Source: Acidobacteriota bacterium (GTDB taxonomy: Bacteria; Acidobacteriota; UBA890; WLXD01). From it: DNA of 64,000 bases. The translations under genes were made by a program, and so were the position numbers. The stretch covers positions 320,001-384,000 of the forward strand of contig CAXWPL010000001.1 in NCBI GenBank assembly GCA_963666215.2, read 5' to 3'. Of this stretch, positions 28,545-41,726 are shown one piece after another (within the stretch, counting starts at the first letter, position 1; each line of letters opens with the position of its first letter). The notes under the pieces were generated by a model. That model did not search any database. It was not told where the DNA came from and saw only the letters and a program-made list of their open reading frames with translations.

Positions 28545-29177
28545 TCAGCGGATCACACCGTCCTGGTTCATGTGCAGGACGTTGAACTGACCATAGCTGT
28601 CGGCCAGGTCGAGCTCGATCCCCATGCGCACGGTAGATGTGCCGTTGCCCATTTCGGCGTAGGTGTACTCGAAGCCCTGCGGAAGATGAATACCGGAGCG
28701 CGCCGGCTCGCCGCTGAAGGCGTTGATGATGGGAACGCCCTTCGACTCCACCAGGTCGGGGACCTTGATGTGCGCCTCGCGAGCGTCGACGTCGATCGCG
28801 ATATCGATCGGCGCGACGATCGGCTCGAGCACCTCCGACATCGTGCTGTTGAACACGAAGTAGTGCGTCACCCCCGGTGCCGTCGACTCGCCGTGCGCGA
28901 TCTTGCGGAGCGCCTCACGCTGCTCAGTCGTTCCGCTCTCGTCGAGGATCACCTGCTGGCGGCCGTTGCCCGCCGCGATCTCGCCCGGCCACCAAAGAGC
29001 CAGCACGAAGCTCAGGCCGTCGAGGTTGATGTCGTTGAAGTGCCCTTCGTCGATACGAGAAGTGGCAACGGCCTCACACCGACCATGGGTTGTGGGTGAG
29101 CCGAACTGGCATGGGCAGCCCCAATCGCAGTTACAGTTCGTGTACTCGGCGCCCTTGATCATCCATTGGTCCGTCAT
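28545..29177 (-). CDS. DUF1326 domain protein
   Basis: NCNCDWGCPCQ...PTHGRC-type N-terminal Cys motif. Adjacent to DUF2182. Confidence 0.9.
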   Translation of the reverse strand: MTDQWMIKGAEYTNCNCDWGCPCQFGSPTTHGRCEAVATSRIDEGHFNDINLDGLSFVLALWWPGEIAAGNGRQQVILDESGTTEQREALRKIAHGESTAPGVTHYFVFNSTMSEVLEPIVAPIDIAIDVDAREAHIKVPDLVESKGVPIINAFSGEPARSGIHLPQGFEYTYAEMGNGTSTVRMGIELDLADSYGQFNVLHMNQDGVIR

Positions 29178-29427
29178 CGTTCGCTCCATCGCGGTTGACC
29201 ACTTCTTTGCAGTGACGCGTTTGCTCGAGAGGCCGTCGCCGCAGCCAGTTGAAGCACGCAGTCTAGCAACGGCGGTCGCCGCTCTCCAGACCTGCCCGGC
29301 GGCTTGGTGATGACCACCGACGTTGTCGGCCAGGCCGCGGATGGCTAGAGTGACGGCGCTCTCCATACCAACGGACTCCTGGCAGTCGCGCCGAGCGTGG
29401 CTCCGGATCCAAACGAGACCTCATGCA

Positions 29428-32568
<3,141 letters not shown>

Positions 32569-32599
32569 GGCCATCGATCGAGATCGTGGTGACCGTGGC

Positions 32600-34693
32600 T
32601 CAGACAGCGAGCGTACGCCGACGCTCCGCGCCCACGCGGCCGCCGCGGCAGGCCTTGGTCAGCATGAAATCGGCGGAATGGCGCGACTGCAACTCCAGAG
32701 CTTCCGCCAGCGGCACCGCGCACGCGGCGCGAGCGCACGCGGCGATCGCCTGTCGCGCGCTCTCCGTCGCGTCGGAGCCCGGTGCCAGATCCGCTGGCTC
32801 GAGCTCCAAGCCAGGGATCGCGTCTTCCACGAGCTCACGACGTGCGATGCCGTCGGCACCGCCCTCGCTTGCCAGTTGCCAGGCAAGCGCGATGGCAACG
32901 TCACGCGAGCCGGCGCCGTCGACCAGCCATCCCACCGCGTCCCTGGCACGAACCGGGCGTCCGCCAAGCAGGAGCCCCGCGACGCGGGATCGACCCTCGG
33001 GCGACGTCTTACGCATCGGCCAATGGCAGCCCTCCATGCCCGGCAGAACCGGCAACGTGACCTCTGGAAACCCGAGGCTGACGTCGTCAGACGCCACGAC
33101 GAAGTGGCAGTGCAGCATGAGCTCCAGCATGCCACCGAGGCAGCGCTTGCCGTCGACAAAGCCAACCGACACTGCGAACTCCTCGTGCAGCCGGCGCGCG
33201 GTGCGCGACCAATCGTGCGAAATTCGGTAGCCGGTCTCGTGATCATCGAGCGCCGGAAAGAACTCGCTGATGTCGGCGCCGACGAGCTGCGTGCACAGGT
33301 GGAAGTCGGCGCTGAGGATCACGCGATCGATCCCTTCACCGCGAAGCCAATCGATGGCACGATTGAGTTCGGCGTCCACGTCGCCGTTGTAGGCCTCGCG
33401 CCCAAGGGTGATGACGCCCACCTCGCCGTCGTGCTCGGCGTTGACGTAGAGCTGCTGCCATTCTGTTGATTCGAGCCCAGATTCGAGCGACTCCGGGTGC
33501 CATGGGGTTGCCGCCGCGGCGGGGAATAGACCCTGGTAGGCCTCTACCGTGCGTCGAACTTCGTCGACTCCGGCCTCCCTCATGAGTGCCAGCGTGCCGC
33601 GGCGGAACTGTGCGCAGAGCTCGCCGATAGCGTTCATCTGAGCCGGCTGGGCGCGCTGCTCGTGAACCATGAGGGCGGTCATTTGGAAGAGCGCGCCCAG
33701 GAGCCACGTTCGGAGCTCGGACTCGGCAGCGGCCTCGAGCGACCAGTCGACCACGGGGCGGAAGTGGTTCGGCGGATACCAGTCCTGACCCGTGTCCTTG
33801 CGCTCGGTCAGGCTATCGGTTGGCACGAAGAGGCCCCCGTAGTGCTCGCCCAAATGGTGCAGGCACGACCAGGTCAGGAAGTCCGCACCCTTGGCGCCAA
33901 TCGCGTCGTGGGCGCGGAACGGGTTCGGCCCCACGTGCTTACGAACGAACTTGTCGATCTTCCAGAACGGCATGTTGGTGGCGTCGTGAACCTGCAGGCC
34001 GGCGAGCGTCAGGCCACAGAACAGCACGTCGAGCACGAACGACCAGTGGTCGCTGACCGGCATCGGGATGAGGCCGAGGGCCCACAGCAGCTGGGTAATG
34101 TCGGAGGGCTTCTCCTCCACAACCTCCCAGATCTTGTTGATCTCGTGCGGAAAGGCCGGGTGCGCAACCCCAACGCCGAGCTCCGAGCTCGGGAACCCGG
34201 AAGTCACCGAGCGAATCTCGATGTCCGGATAGCGGCCACGGAACAGCTCGTAGTGCGAGCGCTTGAGCTGCAGGATCTCGGGAATCGCCTCGAGCAGGAA
34301 GCGGGGACGTAGTCGATCGAGCTCAGCAGGCAGGTCGGCGCCGTCGTAGCTCAAGCGAACAATGTTCTGCATGATGGCATCGGCGCCAGTGCGACCGAAG
34401 GCGCGCGCCAAACCCGAGTAGTGCGCGCCAATGCCGTCGGGCGCGCTGGGCAGATCGAGCGCCACGATCGGCACGCCATGCTCGTGCAAGCGCGACCCGA
34501 GCTGCATCGCCTTCCCCGACCCGACGATGCCGTTGGCCCCCGAGATCACCACGGAGCCGCGCTCGCTTGCAGGACCGAAGACGCGCTCGACCACCTCATC
34601 GGCGCGCACCGGAAGTCGGCCCGTCTTGAAGACCGCGTGTACGCCGCCCAGGCCGAGGGTAGCGAGAGTTGGCTGGCGCAGCTCCTGGCTCAA
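32600..34693 (-). CDS. 3-hydroxyacyl-CoA dehydrogenase / enoyl-CoA hydratase fusion (divergent)
   Basis: GANGIVG Rossmann, EAIPE...K, SVTS, H...E pair. C-terminal crotonase GADISEF, GGMLE, FPEV. Confidence 0.8.
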   Translation of the reverse strand: MSQELRQPTLATLGLGGVHAVFKTGRLPVRADEVVERVFGPASERGSVVISGANGIVGSGKAMQLGSRLHEHGVPIVALDLPSAPDGIGAHYSGLARAFGRTGADAIMQNIVRLSYDGADLPAELDRLRPRFLLEAIPEILQLKRSHYELFRGRYPDIEIRSVTSGFPSSELGVGVAHPAFPHEINKIWEVVEEKPSDITQLLWALGLIPMPVSDHWSFVLDVLFCGLTLAGLQVHDATNMPFWKIDKFVRKHVGPNPFRAHDAIGAKGADFLTWSCLHHLGEHYGGLFVPTDSLTERKDTGQDWYPPNHFRPVVDWSLEAAAESELRTWLLGALFQMTALMVHEQRAQPAQMNAIGELCAQFRRGTLALMREAGVDEVRRTVEAYQGLFPAAAATPWHPESLESGLESTEWQQLYVNAEHDGEVGVITLGREAYNGDVDAELNRAIDWLRGEGIDRVILSADFHLCTQLVGADISEFFPALDDHETGYRISHDWSRTARRLHEEFAVSVGFVDGKRCLGGMLELMLHCHFVVASDDVSLGFPEVTLPVLPGMEGCHWPMRKTSPEGRSRVAGLLLGGRPVRARDAVGWLVDGAGSRDVAIALAWQLASEGGADGIARRELVEDAIPGLELEPADLAPGSDATESARQAIAACARAACAVPLAEALELQSRHSADFMLTKACRGGRVGAERRRTLAV

Positions 34694-34724
34694 TGTTGTC
34701 GCTCGCTGCCCACGCTGCTCTCGA

Positions 34725-35903
34725 TCAAGACGTCACCTTCAGGGCCGCGGCGATACCAATGTCTCCGGCAGCGCAGCCGAACACCAGCACGTGACCGCCG
34801 CCGAGATCGGCCGCTTCCTCCAACGCCTCGATCAGAACCCGGGTCAGCGTTGGCCCCTGCGGGTGACCCCATACCAGCGAGCAGCCGGTGTTGTTCATGT
34901 TGCGCCAGTCGTAGTCGAGAAGCTTCGAGAAGACCGCATCGTTGACCGCGAACGGATTGTGGTTCTTCACCACGATCATGTCGCTCATCGAGAGCCCCGT
35001 ATCGGCCAGCAGCTTCTGCACGGCGAGCGCCGGCGCCTCGGGCATGAGGCTCGGCTGCGCTCGCACGTGCGCGCGGGCCACGAAACGAATGTCGATCTCC
35101 GGTCGCGAGCTCAGGTCGGCAACCCGCTCCTTGCGGGTCACCAGCAAGGTCGCCATGCCGTCCGACGCGTGGGTCTGCGTGCCTGACGTAACGCACGTGT
35201 CGAGCTCGCGCATTGCGCCGAGAGCGTGACGGTCGACCGGCCGTACGCCGGTGTCGTCATCAATTCTCCCGAGTGGCTTGCCGCGCACGTCGAGAAGGTC
35301 GAGCGGTACCAGAACGCGGTCGAGAAAGCCCGACGCTTTCGCCTCGAAATACTGCCCATAGCGATGAAACGTCAGGTCGTCGACCTCGCGCCGATCGATC
35401 TTGTGCTTGCGCGCTGCGACCCCGGCCGTAGCGATCATCGCGTTGCCGGTGGCCGGGTCGAATCCGAAATTGTCCCAGACATCCGCGATCGGGACCGTCC
35501 GCTGGTAGGAACGGCGCTCGGGAAACACACCTACTGGTGAGTCGCTGGTGCGATCGAAGGTCAATACGCCCACCACGTCGTGGCCCGCTTCGACCTCGGC
35601 GCCCGCCAGCAACACGGCTTGCAGCCCCGTCGCGCAGGCTTGCTCGACGTGGTAGCCGGGCACCCGCTGGCCTACACAGCTGGCCACCAGCGGCGCATTC
35701 CAGAACTTCCAGTGCCACGGGACAGTCGAGCCAATCACCAGCGCGTCGAGCTCGCTCTTGCGGACCTTGCGCAGGCCAAGAATGCGGCTCATCGCTTCGC
35801 CAGCGAACTGCCCGATGTTCACCTCGGCGAGCGCGGAAGACTGCCAAGCCGGGAAATAACTGCTTCCCCAGGTGCCGTACGGAATCCTGGCTGAGGAGAG
35901 CAT
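34725..35903 (-). CDS. Thiolase family protein (HNPF variant)
   Basis: QACATG nucleophile, NHNPFAVND in place of NEAF, GHPQGPT, GCAAGD. Confidence 0.92.
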   Translation of the reverse strand: MLSSARIPYGTWGSSYFPAWQSSALAEVNIGQFAGEAMSRILGLRKVRKSELDALVIGSTVPWHWKFWNAPLVASCVGQRVPGYHVEQACATGLQAVLLAGAEVEAGHDVVGVLTFDRTSDSPVGVFPERRSYQRTVPIADVWDNFGFDPATGNAMIATAGVAARKHKIDRREVDDLTFHRYGQYFEAKASGFLDRVLVPLDLLDVRGKPLGRIDDDTGVRPVDRHALGAMRELDTCVTSGTQTHASDGMATLLVTRKERVADLSSRPEIDIRFVARAHVRAQPSLMPEAPALAVQKLLADTGLSMSDMIVVKNHNPFAVNDAVFSKLLDYDWRNMNNTGCSLVWGHPQGPTLTRVLIEALEEAADLGGGHVLVFGCAAGDIGIAAALKVTS

Positions 35904-36022
35904 CCTGCCTCGTTGCCGTTGGAAGGAACGGGTCTTTCGCTGTGAGCGACGTCCCGGCGACACAGCGATGCATTCTCACACGCACTCCAGGGGCGCGCCG
36001 GCACCGCGAAACCCTCGCTAGT

Positions 36023-36106
36023 TGTGAGTTCTGAGGAGGTTGTTCACGAACTCGCTCCTGGGACCCGAGCCATGGGTGTTTTTGTGCCGATGCCTGCATG
36101 AGGTCG
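36023..36106 (-). mobile_element. IS481-family right-end remnant
   Basis: GCTAGT|TGTGAGTTCTGAGGAGGTTGTTCACGAACTC aligns with 15851 onward. Minus frame RPHAGIGTKTPMARVPGASS* matches the IS481 transposase end RPHAGIGMTPPIARLSGVSS*. Confidence 0.88.
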
Positions 36107-37097
36107 AGATCGACGTCGTCACCGACCGCTCCACCCTCAAGCCTCGCACCGAGAGCGTTGCCGGCCTGATCGCGAGCGCCGACATCTCGCCGTCGGGCAA
36201 GCGCGTGGTCATCGAAGCGCGTGGTGACCTGTTCACGGTGCCCGCCGAGAACGGCATCGTCCGCAACATCACCCGCAGCTCGGGCACCGCCGACCGTACT
36301 CCGGCTTGGTCTCCCGACGGCAGGTGGATCGCCTGCTTCAGCGACGAGTCGGGCGAGTACGAGCTGACGATTGGCGCAGCAGACGGCAGCGGCGACCCGC
36401 GGCGCCTCACCACGATGGGTGAGGGCTTCCGCTACACGCCCTACTGGTCGCCCGACCGCAAGAAGCTGGCGTTCATCGATCAGGCGATGAAGATCAGGAT
36501 CTTCGACCTCGACTCGGAGACTCTCACCGACGTCGACCAGGGGCTGTGGATGCTCCACGGCGGCCTGGCGAATTTCCAGCCGAGCTGGTCTTCCGACGGC
36601 CGCTGGCTCGCCTATTCGCCAGGCCTCGAGAACCGTCACAACGCGGTCTTCCTGTTCGATACAGAGAGCAACCGGCGTCATCAGGTCACCAGCGGCTTCT
36701 ACGGCGAGCTCGCCCCGGCCTTCGACCCCGACGGCAAACCTGTACCTGCTGACCAACCGCCGGCTGGCACCCATCTACAGCGACTACCAGAACACCTTCA
36801 TCTACGCCAACACCACGAACGTCACGGCGATCTCGCTGCGCGACGACGTGCCGTCGCCGCTGGCACCGCGCAACGACGAGGAGGAGATCGCCGAGGGCTC
36901 CGAGGAAAGCGAGGAAGGCGACGAGGACTCCGACGCCGATTCGGAGAGCAACGACGAAGGCTCGAGCCAAGGCGACGACGACGGGCGGTGTCGATCCACA
37001 GCTGGAGCGCGGAATCACCGAGCTGATGCAGCTAATTCAGGAGAATGGGATTACCCAACCCGACCGGCCGGCGCCGCCGAACCGGGCACGCCAGTAG
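36097..37097 (+). pseudogene. Tricorn-like S41 protease remnant
   Basis: PD40 repeats (ISPSGKR, EARGDLFTVP, WSPDG). Frameshift near 36739 (DGK/LYLLTNR). Jump near 36980 to the C-terminal GVDPQLERGITELM...* so the PDZ and catalytic domains are missing. Confidence 0.85.
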
Positions 37098-37368
37098 GGC
37101 TCACTGCGAGGATCCGGGCGGCAGAGATCGCCGGCCGCCACGCGTGCGGGTGGCGATCTGCTGTCGGCCCTCGACCGCACCAGAACTCCACTGGACCGGG
37201 TCGGCGTGCCATCGGCGGGGAGAGTGCGCACGCCGGGCAACAGCAGGTCGTTATACTTTGCTGCACGCTTTCTCCCTCGCGACGATGCGCTAGCTCTGGC
37301 CCGATGCCACTTCCGTGCACGTCGCCCGCTCACGCGCCGGTTCCACTTTCGGGCGCGGTGGGTCACCC

Positions 37369-39219
37369 ATGATTCCCCAGCTCCGCAACATCGCCATCAT
37401 TGCGCACGTTGACCACGGCAAAACCACGCTTGTCGACGAGATGCTCAAGCAGTCGGGAACCGTCACCGAGCGCGACGACCTCGGCGTGCGCATCCTCGAC
37501 TCCAACGACCTCGAGCGTGAGCGTGGTATCACGATCCTGTCGAAGAACACCGCGGTCCGCTGGAATGACTATCGCGTCAACATCGTCGACACACCGGGGC
37601 ACGCCGACTTCGGGGGCGAGGTCGAGCGAGTGCTCTCGATGGTCGACTCGGTGCTTCTGCTGGTCGACGCGGTGGATGGCCCGATGCCGCAGACGCGCTT
37701 CGTGACACAGAAAGCGTTCTCGCACGGGCTGGCGCCGATCGTCGCGATCAACAAGATCGACCGCCCGGCGGCGCGCCCCGATTGGGTGCTCGAGCAGACG
37801 TTCGATCTGTTCGACCGGCTCGGCGCAAGCGACCATCAGCTAGACTTCCCGATTGTCTACACTTCTGCCGTCCTCGGCACCGCGACGCTCGACTGGCATC
37901 AGCCCGGCGTCGACCTCACGCCGCTCTTCGACGTCATCGTGAAGAGTGTGCCGCCGCCCGACGTCGATCCCGAAGGCCCACTGCAGCTGCAGGTCAGCTC
38001 GCTCGACTACTCGCCGTACGTGGGTGCGATCGGCATCGGCCGAATTAGCCGTGGCACACTGCGGCCGAACATGCGCGTCACGGTTGTCGATACTGATGGC
38101 AGCACGCGCGACGAGCGGGTCCTGCAGGTGCTTGGCTTCCGAGGGCTCGAGCGCCTCGAAGTCGACGAGGGCACCGCGGGCGACATTGTGGCTTTCAGCG
38201 GCATCGAGACGCCGCGTATCTCCGACACGCTCTGCGACGCGGCGTTTCCCGAAGACATCGAGGCGCTGGCACCGTTAACCGTCGACGAGCCCACCGTCGC
38301 GATGACGTTCGAAACCAACACCTCGCCGTTCTCGGGCCGTGATGGCAAGTTCGTCACCAGCCGCCAGCTCCGCGAGCGCTTGATGCGCGAGGCGATCCAC
38401 AACGTCGCGCTGCGGGTAACGCCCACCGACAGCCCGGATCGGTTCCGCGTGTCGGGGCGGGGCGAGCTTCACCTGTCGATTCTGCTCGAGAACATGCGTC
38501 GTGAAGGCTACGAGATGGCCGTATCTCGTCCCCGCGTGATCGAGCGCACGATCGACGGGCAGCTCCAGGAACCCTTCGAGCGCCTCGCGGTCGACGTCCA
38601 GGACCGTCACCAAGGCACGGTCATGGAAGCTTTGGGAGCGCGCGGAGGCGACCTGCGCAACATGCTCCCGGACGGCCAGGGCCGCGTGCGCCTCGACTAC
38701 TTGATTCCGGCGCGCGGCCTCATTGGGCTCCAATCTGATTTCCGTACGATGACCTCGGGCAGCGGCGTCATGGTGCACAGCTTCGAGCACTACGCGCCGC
38801 TCAAGAAGATCGCACGCGCCCGGCGTGCCAACGGTGCCCTGGTTTCGATGGCCACGGGCAAGTCGCTCGGGTTTGCGCTGTTCAACCTACAGGAGCGTGG
38901 CCAGCTCTTCATCGGCCCGGGCGAGGAGGTCTACGAGGGCCAAGTGGTGGGCATGAGCTCGCGTGATCGCGATCTGGCGGTCAACCCCCTCAAGGGCAAG
39001 AAGCTCACCAACATGCGCGCTTCGGGCAAGGACGATGCGATTGTGTTGACGCGACCGACCCGCCTGACGTTAGAACAGGCGCTCGAATTCATCGAGGACG
39101 ACGAGCTCGTCGAGGTTACGCCCGCCGCGCTGCGGATCCGCAAGCGCAACCTCAAAGAGAAGGGTCGACGGCGAGATGCCAAGGCCACCAACGCCGCTGC
39201 CGCGGCAGCGGCGGTGTAA
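37369..39219 (+). CDS. typA: Translational GTPase TypA/BipA
   Basis: [62 protein letters not shown] -10-like TATACT lies near 37252. Confidence 0.98.
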   Translation: MIPQLRNIAIIAHVDHGKTTLVDEMLKQSGTVTERDDLGVRILDSNDLERERGITILSKNTAVRWNDYRVNIVDTPGHADFGGEVERVLSMVDSVLLLVDAVDGPMPQTRFVTQKAFSHGLAPIVAINKIDRPAARPDWVLEQTFDLFDRLGASDHQLDFPIVYTSAVLGTATLDWHQPGVDLTPLFDVIVKSVPPPDVDPEGPLQLQVSSLDYSPYVGAIGIGRISRGTLRPNMRVTVVDTDGSTRDERVLQVLGFRGLERLEVDEGTAGDIVAFSGIETPRISDTLCDAAFPEDIEALAPLTVDEPTVAMTFETNTSPFSGRDGKFVTSRQLRERLMREAIHNVALRVTPTDSPDRFRVSGRGELHLSILLENMRREGYEMAVSRPRVIERTIDGQLQEPFERLAVDVQDRHQGTVMEALGARGGDLRNMLPDGQGRVRLDYLIPARGLIGLQSDFRTMTSGSGVMVHSFEHYAPLKKIARARRANGALVSMATGKSLGFALFNLQERGQLFIGPGEEVYEGQVVGMSSRDRDLAVNPLKGKKLTNMRASGKDDAIVLTRPTRLTLEQALEFIEDDELVEVTPAALRIRKRNLKEKGRRRDAKATNAAAAAAAV

Positions 39220-39349
39220 TTGCGTCGATTGCCGCCGAGCTCTCCACGGCGACCCCCACGCGTGGCTCTGCCCAAGCGCCCCGCCGGGCGAATCTTGTCG
39301 CAGGTCTTCTAGTTGCAGCAGGGTCTTTGATAGACCCCGATAGAGCGAA

Positions 39350-40042
39350 ATGCGCCCGTTCGAAACGCTCGAGACCTTCGAAACACCCGAAGGCAAGCTG
39401 CTGACGCTGCATCGTCACGACCACGATCTGGCGATTCACCTCGACGGTGAAGAGCTGATGTCGAGTCGGGCACCTGGCTCGGAAACCACGCTCGCGAAGG
39501 TCGCCTGCCGTAGCTTGCGCGCCAAGCGGCCGCGTGTGCTGATTGGCGGACTCGGCCTCGGCTTCACGCTGCGCGCGGCGCTCGACAGCCTGCCCGAGCA
39601 ATCGAGGGTTGTCGTAGCGGAAATCTTCGAGTGTGTCGCCGAGTGGAACCGTCGTTATGTGGCCGAGCAGATCGAAGCGCTGGGCCGACCCCTCGACGAC
39701 CCGCGTGTGGAGATTCAGATCGAAGACGTCCACAACGTCATCGCCGCCGCCAGCCGTGGCGCGTATCACGCTATTCTGCTCGATGTCGACAACGGGCCTG
39801 GCGCCTGGTGCTTGCGCGCCAACTCGCGCCTGTACGGCGCCAGTGGCCTCGGGCGCATCCGAGCGGCGCTCGCAGCCGGCGGCGTTCTTGCCGTGTGGTC
39901 CACCTACCCCGACCCCAGATTTGTCGGTCAACTACGACGGGCCGGGTTCGAAGCCAGCCGCGAGAAAGCTCGAACACGCGGAAAGAAGGGTAACCACCAC
40001 ACCATTTTCGTCGCGCGAAAGCCCGCCGGTCGGTCGAGCTAG
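39350..40042 (+). CDS. Spermidine-synthase-like SAM-dependent methyltransferase-fold protein
   Basis: ELMSSR, VLIGGLGLGFTL, ILLDVDNGP, GGVLAVWS. Confidence 0.85.
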   Translation: MRPFETLETFETPEGKLLTLHRHDHDLAIHLDGEELMSSRAPGSETTLAKVACRSLRAKRPRVLIGGLGLGFTLRAALDSLPEQSRVVVAEIFECVAEWNRRYVAEQIEALGRPLDDPRVEIQIEDVHNVIAAASRGAYHAILLDVDNGPGAWCLRANSRLYGASGLGRIRAALAAGGVLAVWSTYPDPRFVGQLRRAGFEASREKARTRGKKGNHHTIFVARKPAGRSS

Positions 40043-40259
40043 TGGAGGGCGTCAGTCGCCGCAGAAGGGTGCCCGCTGCCGCTCGCCCGTCGCCCCCCCT
40101 CCCAAACCCGCAATCCTCCCGACCCAGAACGCCGGCCAAAGCCCGGACGAGCCGGTTCTCAGCGCTTCCTCATGCCGCGCTCATGGCGTGCGCCCGGACC
40201 CGCTGCTACGTTGCACGCATCCAGTAGGCGAAGCATCCCCGGCCCCGAGGAACCAGCAG

Positions 40260-41699
40260 ATGCACACGGATCGAAGGCGCTCCAACAGACGCACGTTGTT
40301 GAAAACCGCCGGCATGGCCGGACTCGCCCCGGCTTTCGTGGGGCTCAACCGTCCCGCGGCGATTCAACAAGCCGGCAGCGCGGCCTTCATCGCAGCGGTA
40401 ATCGCGGGCGACAAGACCTTGGTGCGCGAGCTCCTCGCGCTCGATGCCGGACTCGTCCAGGCACGCGACGAGAATCGGCGATCGGCGTTCGCCCTGGCGG
40501 TGCTTCACGGCAGGGACGAGGTGGCAGCACTCCTTCGTGAACACGGCTACGAACCCGACCTGACGGAGTCAGCTCTGGCGCTCGACTGGGAACGGGTCGC
40601 ATCACTAGCCGAGGCTAGTCCTGCACAGCTCAACCAGGATCACCCCATCGGCGGCACCCCCATGTACGCGGCCGCGCTGGCCGGCGCCGGCAATCAGATC
40701 TGGCGGATCTATCAGTTTGGTGGCGATCCGGGGGTCGCGCCGCGCGGAGCAGGGGGCTTCTCGCCGGTGCGCGCCGCGCTCGAATACCCCGACCTGGCAA
40801 CCGCGGAGGTCACGCTCGCAACGCTGCTCGGCAATGGAGCCCCTCCCGGCGGCCCGCAAGCGGGCGGCAGCTCCGCGCTGCACGCGGCCGCGTTGCGCGG
40901 CAGCACCACGGCTGTCGAGATGCTGCTCCGTAAAGGGGCGGACGCCGGCGCGCGCGATGTCGACCACCACACGCCGCTCGAGCTCGCTGAGCGCGGCGGG
41001 CAACGTGATACGGCCGCCATGCTGCGGCGTTCTCACGAGATCCCGCGAGATCACGCCGCCTCGCGCCGCGCCCACGACGTGGACGGAAAACCCTACGAGC
41101 CGAGCGGCATCGAAGGCTACGATCTCCAGCTACGCCTGCGCATGGTCGGCCAATCGCATGGCAACTTCGACGCCGTTCGCGAGATGGTCGAGCGGCACCC
41201 GCTCCTGGTGCACTCGGTAGCAACCACCAACGAAGGGGCCGTCGAGGCCTGTGCCCACATGGGGCGGCTACCGATCGTCGAGTTTCTGCTCGAGCGCGGC
41301 GCTCCCTATTCCTTGCCTACCGCTGTAATGCGCGGCGACCGCGACTACGTGCTGGCGGCGCTCAAGGAGCAACCGCTGCGCATCTACGAGCGCGGGGCGC
41401 ACGACTTCGAGCTGCTCTGGTATCCGGTGATCGGAGGCGGCAACCTGGAGATGGCAGAGCTGCTGATGGAGCGTGGCGCTGAGGTCGAGCAGCAACATTA
41501 CTTGGGGACGACCGCTCTCCACTATGCCGCTCTGCGTGGTCAAACCGAGATGGTGCAGCTGTTCATCGAGCACGGCGCCGACGTCCAGCGGATTGGACGC
41601 AAGTTCGACGCCGCGGGCCAGACGCCTCTGCAGATGGCGGGCACCCAAGGTCACGATGACGTCGTCCGTCTGCTGCAGGATCGCGGCGCCACCGTCTGA
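40260..41699 (+). CDS. Tat-exported ankyrin-repeat protein
   Basis: NRRTLLK twin-arginine leader. Ankyrin units SALHAAALRG, TPLELA, TALHYAALRG, TPLQMA. Confidence 0.88.
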   Translation: MHTDRRRSNRRTLLKTAGMAGLAPAFVGLNRPAAIQQAGSAAFIAAVIAGDKTLVRELLALDAGLVQARDENRRSAFALAVLHGRDEVAALLREHGYEPDLTESALALDWERVASLAEASPAQLNQDHPIGGTPMYAAALAGAGNQIWRIYQFGGDPGVAPRGAGGFSPVRAALEYPDLATAEVTLATLLGNGAPPGGPQAGGSSALHAAALRGSTTAVEMLLRKGADAGARDVDHHTPLELAERGGQRDTAAMLRRSHEIPRDHAASRRAHDVDGKPYEPSGIEGYDLQLRLRMVGQSHGNFDAVREMVERHPLLVHSVATTNEGAVEACAHMGRLPIVEFLLERGAPYSLPTAVMRGDRDYVLAALKEQPLRIYERGAHDFELLWYPVIGGGNLEMAELLMERGAEVEQQHYLGTTALHYAALRGQTEMVQLFIEHGADVQRIGRKFDAAGQTPLQMAGTQGHDDVVRLLQDRGATV

Positions 41700-41726
41700 C
41701 CCGACGGGCTCGCTATACTCGTCGGA

